A DNA stretch of 63,263 bases, filler included, from Octopus bimaculoides (taxonomy: Eukaryota), in NCBI RefSeq assembly GCF_001194135.2. It is 6 parts of 6 records of this genome, joined end to end, with 100 filler letters (N's around TTAATTAATTAA, not from the genome) between each part and the next. Parts side by side here need not be neighbours in the genome. Positions count along the whole stretch, not along the records: positions 60,311 to 63,263 come from NC_069004.1; 5 more parts are not named here. One strand, given 5' to 3'. Below the pieces are notes generated by a model, which did no database searches, had not been told where the DNA came from, and saw nothing but the letters and a program-made list of their open reading frames with translations. Position numbers and translations under genes: made by a program. Shown piece by piece: positions 63,166-63,263 of the stretch. Position 1 is the stretch's first letter; each line of letters opens with the position of its first letter.

Positions 63166-63263
63166 CACACAAAAACACACAGGTATGTGGATGTATGTAT
63201 ATATATGATTACATAAATAAAACACAATTAAGTATATTATTATTATATACATAATAGTACATA

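Overview
Eukaryotic genomic DNA, AT-rich and dense in microsatellites, with many N gaps. The SINE/MITE repertoire points to an octopod cephalopod (inference). The window is not contiguous biology: five identical 100-bp artificial spacers (44 N + TTAATTAATTAA + 44 N) join six separate pieces (1-23777, 23878-37748, 37849-49197, 49298-58166, 58267-60210, 60311-63263). The only recognisable host gene is the 3' part of CASP (the Golgi golgin encoded by CUX1 in vertebrates; Coy1 in yeast). It has two exons, 39994-40911 and 42743-43123, giving 432 intact codons with the CASP_C domain and TMD. The region shared with CUX and the CASP-specific region lie in one uninterrupted exon, so the intron that carries the CUX homeobox exons in vertebrates and nematodes is missing here. 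The rest is mobile DNA: three tRNA-derived SINE families (about 30 copies), RTE and CR1-like LINE 3' ends, two decayed Penelope-like (Neptune-type) elements in tandem, mariner ends, hAT MITEs and foldback elements. Reading for RNA structure finds several hammerhead-ribozyme-like motifs, most of them minimal folds with palindromic stem III. Two well-formed ones sit on opposite strands within 300 nt (48468-48559 minus, 48698-48767 plus), which is the most intriguing signal. None has been tested. Almost all ORFs in the supplied track are microsatellite or N-gap artefacts.
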